The position numbers were made by a program, and so were the translations under genes. This document shows, piece after piece, positions 9,420 through 18,214 of a stretch of 64,000 nt of DNA. The notes under the pieces were generated by a model. The model was not told the DNA's origin. It saw only the letters and a program-made list of their open reading frames with translations, and made no database searches. The stretch comes from Candidatus Nomurabacteria bacterium RIFCSPLOWO2_01_FULL_41_18 (GTDB taxonomy: Bacteria > Patescibacteriota > Minisyncoccia > Phycocordibacterales > UBA9973). The stretch spans positions 15,309-79,308 of the forward strand of contig MFUZ01000009.1 in the NCBI GenBank assembly GCA_001785865.1. The letters are read 5' to 3'. Positions within the stretch are counted from its first letter, which is position 1, and every line of letters begins with the position of its first letter.

Positions 9420-10286
9420 TCATCTCTTCAATAAAAAAGGAAGATCTCCGATCGAAGAGAGTTTGGACTTGTTTAGCCTTGGGGAAAGGACATCAATAAA
9501 TTTCTTGATTCTCGCGACTTCCGCATCGAGGCTCGCGAAATTGTTAAATTTTTTCCTTGTGTAAATGACCAGTTCCCCTTCTACCCATTCCATGTCGTGA
9601 TCCCATTTTGAATCAAGGAGCTCGGCAAAAATTTCCGGAGTAAAAATTTCCAGAGTTTCTATTTCGTATTCCTTTGGTGAGTATAGTTTGAACTTATCTG
9701 CAAATTGGGGCGGGACGGAAATATTGGCCAGAGAAGAAAACATCGAGGGAGGGTTTGCATGCCAGTCACCTTTATAATTCAAATAAAGATGCGGAAATGT
9801 TCCGGAAAATTTTATTTCGAAAACCGTAAATGAATAAGTTGTTTTGTGCTTGCCGTAGCCTACAGTGTACTGATATTCAAAGATGTGGAAGGGCTGGCCG
9901 TTGTAGGTGCCACTGATGCCATGATGCGATTTTGGAGAGTGGCCGATTTTGAATAAAAGTGCTTTTTCATCCAAAGTATTTTTGGTGGCTATATAATCCC
10001 ATTTATATTTCAAAGCGAGCTGCATCCAGAAGGCCTCGCGCACTTTGGAGTAAAGCATCGCCAGGTAAACGCCGAATAAGACCCACGGGGTGATAAGAAT
10101 ATAAAAACCGAGATCCGATAAGGTAATTTCCTTAGGCAAAAATATGAAGAAGCATACGCTCCAAGCTGTCGATATGAAAACAGCAAGAAAAATATTTTTG
10201 GATTTCTTTTTGAGAACAGCAAAAAATGCCTGTTTCGTGTCCAGCACCTCACCGTATTCTTTGAGAATAGGCGCAGTATTGCTCAT
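9420..10286 (-). CDS. Hypothetical membrane protein (2 N-terminal TM helices)
   Basis: 288-aa ORF sitting between the NYN gene and pnp within the rpsO-pnp transcription unit. Confidence 0.45.
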   Translation of the reverse strand: MSNTAPILKEYGEVLDTKQAFFAVLKKKSKNIFLAVFISTAWSVCFFIFLPKEITLSDLGFYILITPWVLFGVYLAMLYSKVREAFWMQLALKYKWDYIATKNTLDEKALLFKIGHSPKSHHGISGTYNGQPFHIFEYQYTVGYGKHKTTYSFTVFEIKFSGTFPHLYLNYKGDWHANPPSMFSSLANISVPPQFADKFKLYSPKEYEIETLEIFTPEIFAELLDSKWDHDMEWVEGELVIYTRKKFNNFASLDAEVARIKKFIDVLSPRLNKSKLSSIGDLPFLLKR

Positions 10287-10289
10287 GTC

Positions 10290-10799
10290 TTATCTCACCC
10301 CGATTAGATATTTTTTAGGATTTTCAGAGAGATCCACAAAGTCGTCCACCGCTTCGCGGAGCTTGCCGGAGGTCGATTGACCGAAGGATACGACTTCTAC
10401 TTGCACGCCCATGGTCTGCAGATATTCCACTAGCGGAACAAAGTCGCCGTCGCCGGAGACTATGACTGCAGAGTCGAGGCGAGGAGACATTTTGATCGCG
10501 TCGACCGCGAGCCCAACATCCCAATCAGCTTTCTTTGATCCGCCTGAAAATATCTGTAAGTCCTTGGTCTTGGTTTCGATGCCTAGCTTCTGCAGAGCCT
10601 CAAAGAAATTTTTCTCGTCGCCCGCCTCGGTGGTGATGACATAGGCCACCGCCCGCACCAGCTTCCTGCCGGAGACCGCGTCTTTCAAGACTGCGCCAAA
10701 ATTGACTCTCGCTTTGTATAAATTGCGGGCCGAGTGATATAAATTTTGAGTATCGATAAAAACTCCGACTCTTTGCTCTTTGTGCTTAATGACTACCAT
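10290..10799 (-). CDS. NYN/LabA-like (PIN-like) domain protein
   Basis: VGVFIDTQNLYHSARNL ... VIVSGDGDFVPLVEYLQ, typical of NYN/DUF88. Confidence 0.7.
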   Translation of the reverse strand: MVVIKHKEQRVGVFIDTQNLYHSARNLYKARVNFGAVLKDAVSGRKLVRAVAYVITTEAGDEKNFFEALQKLGIETKTKDLQIFSGGSKKADWDVGLAVDAIKMSPRLDSAVIVSGDGDFVPLVEYLQTMGVQVEVVSFGQSTSGKLREAVDDFVDLSENPKKYLIGVR

Positions 10800-10871
10800 A
10801 TATAAAAAAAATTATTAAAAATATTAAAAGTTCAACCTGAAGTAATTATACCAGATTATAAAAAATTAATA

Positions 10872-10936
10872 TATGAGAAATTTTTGCGGATTTCTCCATC
10901 TGGTGATGGAACCTTCCCCGCCAAAATTTCTCATAT
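10872..10936 (-). terminator. Long stem-loop (18-bp arms) just downstream of rpsO: probable rpsO terminator or processing hairpin
   Basis: tatgagaaatttttgcgg / ccgccaaaatttctcata inverted repeat with a 29-nt loop; U-rich tract follows on the minus-strand RNA. Confidence 0.5.
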
Positions 10937-10953
10937 TTTAATTTTGAGTTTAA

Positions 10954-11226
10954 CTAGACGAGCTCAATCTTCTTCATCAAAGCGTTGTAGCGAGCTTTGT
11001 TTGTTCGCTCCAAGTATTTCAAATGAGTGCGCCTGTCGGCAACCATTTTGATGAGTCCCCTCCTAGAATGATTATCCTTTTTATGCTTCTTTAAATGTTT
11101 CGCCAATTCATCAATAGCCGCAGAAATCACAGCCACCTGTACTTCCGGAGAGCCCGTATCTTTATCGTGAATCTGATTTTTCTTTATAATTGCTTGCTTT
11201 TTCTTGGTTGCTAACATACCCCGCAT
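10954..11226 (-). CDS. rpsO: 30S ribosomal protein S15
   Basis: GSPEVQVAVISAAIDEL...HKKDNHSRRGLIKMVADRR, conserved S15 sequence. Confidence 0.9.
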   Translation of the reverse strand: MRGMLATKKKQAIIKKNQIHDKDTGSPEVQVAVISAAIDELAKHLKKHKKDNHSRRGLIKMVADRRTHLKYLERTNKARYNALMKKIELV

Positions 11227-11269
11227 ATTAGCATAAAGTAGCTAAAATTGCAACCTTCCCCTGTACCCC

Positions 11270-12259
11270 GTGATTATGTGTGAGCAAGCACTTTCTCATT
11301 ATAAAATATATTGTGCGACATGGTATAATTGGCAAATGGCATCACTAAAGGAGCTAAAAAATCAATTCTTGGAATATGTGGAGATAGAAAAAGGCCGTGC
11401 TATCAGAACTGTAGAAAATTACGACCACTATCTGACTGTATTTCTCGAGCAAACAAAAATTACCGACCCAAAAAATATTACGGATGAAAAAGTTCGAGAT
11501 TTCCGTATTTGGCTCAATCGCCAGACGACTGGGAACAACCGCGCCACCGGAGACACGATAAAAAAGAAAACCCAGAATTATTATATGATTGCTCTGCGAA
11601 GTTTTCTCAAATTCCTAGCAAAAAGAAGCATCGCTTCTCTTCCCGCTGACCATATAGAACTTGCAAAAGTCGGTGAAAGACAAATCGACGTAATTTCGCA
11701 AGAGGAATTGAAAAGACTTTTGGATGCTCCTAACAAAGAAAAAAACTTGGAAAGGTGTGCGCGTGATAAAGCGATCATGGAAATGCTTTTCTCTACGGGT
11801 CTGCGTGTTTCAGAACTTTGTTCACTAAAAAATGACTTAGACTTGCATCTAGATGAATTCTCTATTAGGGGGAAGGGTGGCAAAGTGCGAGTTGTTTTCC
11901 TATCCGACGAGGCAAAAAAATCTGTTAAAGAATATTTATCGATTCGCAAAGATATATCAGACGCTCTTTTTGTGAAACTAAGCGATGAAATTTCAAAAAA
12001 AGAAACAACTGAAGGGCTCACTCGCCGTTCAATAGAAAGAATCGTAAAGAGGTATGCCACTATCGCCGGAATATCTAAAAAGGTAACCCCGCACGTGATT
12101 CGTCACGTTTTTGCCACCGACCTCCTATCAAATGGCGCAGATATCCGCTCCGTACAAGCCATGCTCGGCCATGCCAACATCGGCACCACACAGATATATA
12201 CGCACGTTACAGACAAACATTTGCGGGATATACATAAGAAGTTTCATAATAAAAATTAA
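11270..12259 (+). CDS. xerD: Tyrosine site-specific recombinase, XerC/XerD family
   Basis: C-terminal catalytic box RHVFATDLLSNGADIRSVQAMLGHANIGTTQIYTHV; true start may be MASLKEL near 11336. Confidence 0.8.
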   Translation: MIMCEQALSHYKIYCATWYNWQMASLKELKNQFLEYVEIEKGRAIRTVENYDHYLTVFLEQTKITDPKNITDEKVRDFRIWLNRQTTGNNRATGDTIKKKTQNYYMIALRSFLKFLAKRSIASLPADHIELAKVGERQIDVISQEELKRLLDAPNKEKNLERCARDKAIMEMLFSTGLRVSELCSLKNDLDLHLDEFSIRGKGGKVRVVFLSDEAKKSVKEYLSIRKDISDALFVKLSDEISKKETTEGLTRRSIERIVKRYATIAGISKKVTPHVIRHVFATDLLSNGADIRSVQAMLGHANIGTTQIYTHVTDKHLRDIHKKFHNKN

Positions 12260-12389
12260 AAAGACAACTTGGCATATTTACGCTATAGCGTATATATGTC
12301 GCATACTATGAAATCCCACGATCGTGAAGTTTTATAGAACAAATAGAAAAACCGCCCTCCAAACGGTTTCCCTTTGTTGAGCGGTTTGA

Positions 12390-12737
12390 TTAGTCTCTAA
12401 ATAACTCCCTGATTTCCTTAAAAAAGGAATAAAGGCTATCAAAGTCTTGGAGGCTGGGCAACCCTTCTGCTCTCAAAACTTTGTCTATCTCCGCGATATT
12501 TTCTTCTCCGACACAAGACTCGAGTTGATCTTGTCCGGATAGATTGGTATTCTCCTTGTACAACTCCCAAAAATATCGCACCCTTCTGTCCGCCAGTTCA
12601 GCAACAATGCCCGCGTTTTTAGGATTGTGAAGAATCTGTTTTTGGAAGTTTCCAGATTGGGAATACCATATCTGTTCTTCCAACTTTTCCCTAATTTTTT
12701 CCGGCTCCCACAAGAGTTCTTGTTTTTCTTTCTTCAT
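12390..12737 (-). CDS. Hypothetical protein (115 aa)
   Basis: ORF; second gene of a two-gene minus-strand pair convergent with xerD. Confidence 0.4.
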   Translation of the reverse strand: MKKEKQELLWEPEKIREKLEEQIWYSQSGNFQKQILHNPKNAGIVAELADRRVRYFWELYKENTNLSGQDQLESCVGEENIAEIDKVLRAEGLPSLQDFDSLYSFFKEIRELFRD

Positions 12738-12763
12738 TCTTGTTTCCTTTCGTTTTGTTGTTG

Positions 12764-13009
12764 TTATTTTCTGTTTAATTCTTTCTCAATGCGGTTGTGG
12801 CAAAAACTCCTTAGTATCTCGAGTTTTTTACGCTCTTCTTCTAAATCAGGAGGCCCATCATCAAAAAACTCAAGGGCGCAAAACCTGGCAATACTATCAC
12901 GACAACTATGATAACGCTCTTCAGTATAAAGCAACAATTCTACAAATTCTTTTCCCGACAAGGAATCGACGTCACTTTCACTGTAATCAAATAAACTCTT
13001 TTTTTTCAT
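12764..13009 (-). CDS. Hypothetical small acidic protein (81 aa)
   Basis: ORF; divergent from the Lrp-like gene. Confidence 0.35.
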   Translation of the reverse strand: MKKKSLFDYSESDVDSLSGKEFVELLLYTEERYHSCRDSIARFCALEFFDDGPPDLEEERKKLEILRSFCHNRIEKELNRK

Positions 13010-13206
13010 TTTTTTGCATTTCCGCTATATTATTTCGGGACAGCGAGGCTTCCTTTCAAGAGCCAACCCATTTATTAAGTTTTCAAACAACTTCTTTCAT
13101 CATTTTGACATATTTTTAGTATTTGTCAATAATTAAAGACATATTTGACAATAAAAGAGAAATAGACTATACTATTTGTATTTAGTAGTAATATATTGCC
13201 AATAAA

Positions 13207-14220
13207 ATGAATAATAAGGGACTGGATTTAATAGACCAAAAGATACTTTACGAGCTTGATTTGAATAGCGGGCAGTCTTTTTTGGATTTGGCGCAAAAAG
13301 TTGATATTCCAAATGAAACTGTCGCCTTTCGGGTCAAACGCTTGCAGAAAAATGGCTATATTAAGAATTTCATAACCAGTATAAACACTTCAAATTTAAA
13401 TAGTTTCTATTACAAATTCTTTTTTAAGTTTCAGAAAACAATTCCCAAAATAGAAAGAGATATTATTGATTATCTCCGCGCCTATCATGGGATAGCGTAT
13501 TTGGCTAGGCTCGAAGGCAGGTTTGATTGTACTTTTTTGGTTCTAGCGCAAGATATTTCTAATTTATATGCTTTTCTAGTTCCCTTCAAGGAAAAATTTG
13601 GAGAATATGTTTTGGAACAGGAAATTTTGACTATGACTTCAGTGCATAGATTTAATTTTCGCTTTTTTTATGAAGGCGGAAAATTACTCCATTCGCACTA
13701 CCCAGAAGAATTAAAAAGGCCTGACATAGATGACCTAGATTATGGGATTATCACTACCCTAGCGAAAAACTCGCGCGCAAGTTTGAGTGAAATGGCTAAA
13801 ACAAACAAAGTTCATCCGAATGTTATAAGATACAGAATCCAAAAACTTAAAAAGGGTGGATTTCTAGGAAATTCGGTCTTAGATATTAATTTTAAAAAGT
13901 TCGGAGTGGAACAATATCAAGTAGATTTCACTTTAAAAAACCAAAATGATGTGCAAAAAATTATAGATGCTGTGGCGCTACTACCCGAATCCACTTTTGC
14001 CACTGTGACTTTGGGTAAATACGATCTCGCCGTAGAATTCGCCGTAAAAAATAAAGATTCATTGAAAAGAATTTTGGATAGAATCAAAACTGAATTCAGC
14101 GACACGATCATCAGTCAAGATGTTTTTGAGATGGAAGAATATACCGTCAACTGGTTCCCATATAGTTTGAAGAAAAATGGCAAAGCAGAGACTCCGCTCC
14201 AAAATCAAACAGTGGTATAA
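13207..14220 (+). CDS. Tandem Lrp/AsnC-type HTH transcriptional regulator
   Basis: Two HTH_AsnC-like modules (LDLIDQKILYELDLNSGQSFLDLAQKV... and LDYGIITTLAKNSRASLSEMAKTNKV...). Confidence 0.65.
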   Translation: MNNKGLDLIDQKILYELDLNSGQSFLDLAQKVDIPNETVAFRVKRLQKNGYIKNFITSINTSNLNSFYYKFFFKFQKTIPKIERDIIDYLRAYHGIAYLARLEGRFDCTFLVLAQDISNLYAFLVPFKEKFGEYVLEQEILTMTSVHRFNFRFFYEGGKLLHSHYPEELKRPDIDDLDYGIITTLAKNSRASLSEMAKTNKVHPNVIRYRIQKLKKGGFLGNSVLDINFKKFGVEQYQVDFTLKNQNDVQKIIDAVALLPESTFATVTLGKYDLAVEFAVKNKDSLKRILDRIKTEFSDTIISQDVFEMEEYTVNWFPYSLKKNGKAETPLQNQTVV

Positions 14221-14227
14221 TTTACAA

Positions 14228-14884
14228 ATGGATTATCAGGCGCATAAAACATATTTCGAAACAGCTTACAAGACCGGCACCGACGTCTGGACACACAAGC
14301 CCACTAACAAACAAGTGGCGAAACTCACGAGCAAGCTCAAAAAAGGAGACATCATTTTAGAGCTCGGATCCGGTCGCGGGCTTTTTGCTAAACATCTTGC
14401 GGAAATAGGTTTCCGAGTGATTGGGCTCGATTTCGAAAGTGCCATAGTCAGAAAAGCGAACGAAGCCATCAAAGACTGGAAACTGGAAGGTAAAGTAGGC
14501 TTCTTGGAAGGAGACGCGCTCAATATTCCCCTGGTAAATGAGAACTTCGACGGAGCATGCGACTTTGGGCTTTTCGAAAATTTGTATAAAGAAGACTGGC
14601 CACAGTATGTAAAAGAAATACATCGTATCTTGAAGCCGGGAGGTCTCTACTTGAACGTATCCCTCTCCTCCAAGACATCCGGCTTTTTTGAATTTCATCC
14701 TTCCGCCTCGTCCACAAGAGAATTTGAGAAATACGGCGTGCATTATTATTTCTTTGAAGGTGGAGAGATAAAAAATATATTTAAAACCCACTTCGAGGTT
14801 GTCTCGCAGGAAGTGAAGCCAACCGAAGTCCAAAGAGGAATGAATAAGCTAACTTTGATCGAAACTCTTTTCAAAAAAATCTGA
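14228..14884 (+). CDS. Class I SAM-dependent methyltransferase
   Basis: Motif I ILELGSGRGLFA, motif II VIGLDF and post-I acidic residue; start taken at MDYQAHK to avoid overlap with the upstream gene. Confidence 0.7.
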   Translation: MDYQAHKTYFETAYKTGTDVWTHKPTNKQVAKLTSKLKKGDIILELGSGRGLFAKHLAEIGFRVIGLDFESAIVRKANEAIKDWKLEGKVGFLEGDALNIPLVNENFDGACDFGLFENLYKEDWPQYVKEIHRILKPGGLYLNVSLSSKTSGFFEFHPSASSTREFEKYGVHYYFFEGGEIKNIFKTHFEVVSQEVKPTEVQRGMNKLTLIETLFKKI

Positions 14885-15708
14885 TGAAAATTATGTCTTG
14901 GAACGTGAACGGAATACGAGCAGTCCATAAAAAAGGGCTCTTTGTGCCATTCATAGAAAAATACCAGCCGGATATATTGTGCCTACAAGAAACCAAGGCA
15001 GAGCAGCACCAATCTGAAGTAAACCTGCCCGAGTACGAGGAATACTGGAATTCAGCAATTAAAAAAGGATACTCAGGCACTGCTATTTTCGTAAAAATAA
15101 AATCAGTCGGGAAACCACTTTCTGTAATAAATAATTTTCCTGAAAACATTGCAAAAAAATATAAATTAAAAGATACTTACGGCGATACGGAAACTGAAGG
15201 TAGAATAATCACCGCAGAATTTAAAGACTTTTACCTCGTGAGCGTCTATACTCCAAACGCCAAGGACGACCTCTCTCGCATTCCTTTGCGCTATAAGCAA
15301 TGGGATCCCGCTTTCCTCGAATATTGCAAAAGGCTGGAAATCAATGGTTCGGCAAGCTCACCACACGGAAAACCGGTAATCTTCTGCGGAGACCTGAATG
15401 TAGCGCACACACCGGACGACCTCGCCCGCCCCGGGGCCAACGAGGGGCTGAAAGGATTTACCAAAGAAGAGCGCGAAGGGATTCAAAAAATTGTAGACAA
15501 TGGCTTCGTAGATACTTTTCGCATTTTCACCAAAGGGCCAGGGCACTACTCCTGGTGGAGCCATTTCGCTAATGCGAGAGCGCGGAACGTGGGCTGGAGG
15601 ATAGATTATATTTTCGCAAGCAGCAAGCTCGCAAAGAAAATAAAAAGCGCTGAGATTTTTCCAGAAGTCTTGGGCTCCGACCACTGCCCTGTTTCAATAA
15701 AAACTTAA
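14884..15708 (+). CDS. xth: Exodeoxyribonuclease III / AP endonuclease
   Basis: MKIMSWNVNGIRA...LCLQETK...GSDHCPV, ExoIII/APE1 family motifs. Confidence 0.88.
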   Translation: MKIMSWNVNGIRAVHKKGLFVPFIEKYQPDILCLQETKAEQHQSEVNLPEYEEYWNSAIKKGYSGTAIFVKIKSVGKPLSVINNFPENIAKKYKLKDTYGDTETEGRIITAEFKDFYLVSVYTPNAKDDLSRIPLRYKQWDPAFLEYCKRLEINGSASSPHGKPVIFCGDLNVAHTPDDLARPGANEGLKGFTKEEREGIQKIVDNGFVDTFRIFTKGPGHYSWWSHFANARARNVGWRIDYIFASSKLAKKIKSAEIFPEVLGSDHCPVSIKT

Positions 15709-16253
15709 TAGGATTTGAAATATATGTGTTTATGGGAATTGAACATTTTGCGATAAAAATTCAGATCCCTATTCATGTTCTTGGAATTAAATATTATCTG
15801 ATCCATCCCCTCCCAGAGCAGAAACCACGCCGCGGGCTCCAAAAAGACGACTAGGAAAGACAAGAACAAGCTTTCCGAAGGATCTTTGAAAACAATAAAG
15901 GTAGCAGCCACCATAAAAATAATACCCATGATCACCATGCTTCGCCCGAGCTTGAGCACGCGATGCTTCTCTGCTGATAGTAGATGAAAATGCTTCTTGA
16001 AATGCACCGCTAGACGCTCCTTGATGACTTCTTCTTCGGATTCATTCCGATCTTTTTCAGGAATATGCAGCATGAGCTCTATCCCGCCCTGGTCTGCATC
16101 TGTCGCTGCTCGCTTGAGCTCTTCTAGAAAGTCTATCGAGAGCGCCCTCCTTCCAAACGGCCTCATGTCGAAATCCGAAAAGATATCGCTATACTGTTCC
16201 AGCCGGAGATAAATCTCCGCTCTTTCCTCGGCTAATGAAGATTGTTCTTTCAT
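15705..16253 (-). CDS. Hypothetical protein with C-terminal TM helices
   Basis: 182-aa ORF. Confidence 0.4.
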   Translation of the reverse strand: MKEQSSLAEERAEIYLRLEQYSDIFSDFDMRPFGRRALSIDFLEELKRAATDADQGGIELMLHIPEKDRNESEEEVIKERLAVHFKKHFHLLSAEKHRVLKLGRSMVIMGIIFMVAATFIVFKDPSESLFLSFLVVFLEPAAWFLLWEGMDQIIFNSKNMNRDLNFYRKMFNSHKHIYFKSY

Positions 16254-16324
16254 GTCTTAATATTACAATATTTTAGTAAAAACCGAAAGTTTATATTTAA
16301 TTATTTTTATGCTATATTAAAAAC

Positions 16325-16966
16325 ATGAATCATGCCAGATTGGACCAGCTTTCGGACGGAATTTTTGCAATCGTCATGACGATTCTGGTTTTTCAGATTG
16401 ACCTTCCTGACCTATGGGGCCCCGTGACCAACATGGAGCTTTGGTCTGAAATCCAAAGATTAATCCCGGTATTCTTGAGCTACATTTTGAGCTTTGCTCT
16501 ACTCTTCACCTATTGGCGTGCGCATCATTTTTTCATCTCCGTTTACGCAAAAAATATAGATTCCACGCTCATAAATATCAACGCCGTGTTCCTCATGTTG
16601 ATAAGCTTGGTTCCATTTTCGACTAGCCTGCTTGGCACCTTCAGCCACAATGAGCTTTCCGTCATAGTTTTCGGCATTCATATAATTCTTATCGGCCTTT
16701 GCCTGTACTGGATGCGAAAATACGTGCTCTACTCTCCGCACATCCAAAACCCGGAGATAACCAGGCACGAGATCCGCGGGAGTACTGTCCGCACCCTCGC
16801 TCCTGTAATCTTCGCCATAATAGCCATTCCTCTTTCCTTTTTCAGTATCTCTCTTTCGCTCGTCTTGTTTACGCTCGCTGTGATTTTCAATCTATCTTCC
16901 TACAGTACAAGACTTTTCGAGAATTTCACCAAAGAGATCTATGGAGAAAATTTGTCAAAACTGTAG
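16325..16966 (+). CDS. TMEM175/DUF1211-family putative K+ channel
   Basis: N-terminal signature RLDQLSDGIFAIVMTILVFQI and 6 TM helices. Confidence 0.65.
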   Translation: MNHARLDQLSDGIFAIVMTILVFQIDLPDLWGPVTNMELWSEIQRLIPVFLSYILSFALLFTYWRAHHFFISVYAKNIDSTLININAVFLMLISLVPFSTSLLGTFSHNELSVIVFGIHIILIGLCLYWMRKYVLYSPHIQNPEITRHEIRGSTVRTLAPVIFAIIAIPLSFFSISLSLVLFTLAVIFNLSSYSTRLFENFTKEIYGENLSKL

Positions 16967-17001
16967 TAGTTTACACATTTACGCCATGGCGTAAATGTGT
17001 T

Positions 17002-17784
17002 TTATATATTTTTATCTAATCTTTTGGCTTCCGCCCAAGCGAGCTCGTAAATTTTTTTCATTGCATCGGCGATTTCTGAACTTTCAATGATGATGCCGAG
17101 CTTTTCTCTCCAAGAGGCAATCATAATTTTGTTGTCATAAATGTTTATTTCAGGAGAAAAAAGAAAAGTGTCTTTTGGCACCAGAGCAGTCTCTCGCATT
17201 TCTGCCTTATCGAAACTTCTGCGCTCTAGCCCTGTCTCGGTATTTGGGATGATTGCTCGTATGGCGATGCCCTTCCCCGCTCTTCTTTTGTAGTAATCAG
17301 GAAAATACCCCGGCAAACCTTCGTGCATATCCCCGACGCTCGCATAAGCCCGTATCGGCTCAGAGCTCGTGAGCGTATCTTCGTATACATGCTTGAGACC
17401 TTCTTTGCCTTCATAAAATCTGATTCGAGGGCGATTTTGTTTCACGTGAAGGCGCTCGAGCTCAGGAATAATAGTTTCGGATCTTTTTATATTCTCTGCC
17501 ATTTCTTCCGCTCTTTTTTTTAAATATGCGGTGATTGCTTCCGGCGACTCCACTGCATATTCTGATTTTGGCTCTTTGCCGGAAACAGAAACCAACCCTT
17601 TATTGGAAAGCGAACCCAAGATATCGTAGCTCGTGGTACGATTTATTCCTGCCTTACCGCTGATTTGTCTTACTGTTCCTTTTCCTAATTCCAAGAGGGC
17701 GACATACACGATCGTCTCTTTTTCGCTGAATCCAAAAGATTGAAGATTTAGTTTAAGTTGTTCATTTGTATCTTTCATATCCAA
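17002..17784 (-). CDS. TrmB-family transcriptional regulator
   Basis: N-terminal wHTH (FGFSEKETIVYVALLELGKGTVRQISGKAGINRTTSYDILGSLSNKGLV) plus a C-terminal sensor-like domain. Confidence 0.65.
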   Translation of the reverse strand: MDMKDTNEQLKLNLQSFGFSEKETIVYVALLELGKGTVRQISGKAGINRTTSYDILGSLSNKGLVSVSGKEPKSEYAVESPEAITAYLKKRAEEMAENIKRSETIIPELERLHVKQNRPRIRFYEGKEGLKHVYEDTLTSSEPIRAYASVGDMHEGLPGYFPDYYKRRAGKGIAIRAIIPNTETGLERRSFDKAEMRETALVPKDTFLFSPEINIYDNKIMIASWREKLGIIIESSEIADAMKKIYELAWAEAKRLDKNI

Positions 17785-17929
17785 ATTCTAATCTAGAAAA
17801 TATTCTGTGTCAATCTTTTTCCACAATAATATGTTGATAACTATAAATAGATTGTCGTCTATGGCTTATTTGATTATTTAATTGACGAAATCTATTGACA
17901 ATGACATATTATATTTATAAGATGATTGT

Positions 17930-18208
17930 ATGATAAAACACATAGAAAGTGGAATATCTGGAAAGGGCTTAGGACTTCATTATCTTCAATCAATAAGAAG
18001 TCTGGCTATTATGTGTCAAATCAAGGGTATAGTATTTACAAAGCCAGATGGTAGTATTAAGGTGGTGGCAAAGGGAGAGGAAAGAGATTTGCTAGAGTTC
18101 GCAAGCAAACTAGAAAGAGAAAGCAGCTCCCGGGAAATAGAGAACTTTTATACAAAATGGAGTGAACCAAATAAGGATTTAGAAAGTTTTCACGTAGTAA
18201 CTGGTTAA
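17930..18208 (+). CDS. Acylphosphatase-like fold protein (degenerate active-site loop)
   Basis: GxGLG..Y......A....IKG.V.N..DGSVKVVA.G pattern; 92 aa. Confidence 0.45.
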   Translation: MIKHIESGISGKGLGLHYLQSIRSLAIMCQIKGIVFTKPDGSIKVVAKGEERDLLEFASKLERESSSREIENFYTKWSEPNKDLESFHVVTG

Positions 18209-18214
18209 ATATAT

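Noticed and set aside
11270-13009. Integrated mobile element marked by the tyrosine recombinase
   Set aside because: There is no transposase, phage gene or flanking repeat. The recombinase has the standard XerC/D architecture and is most simply the chromosomal dimer-resolution enzyme.
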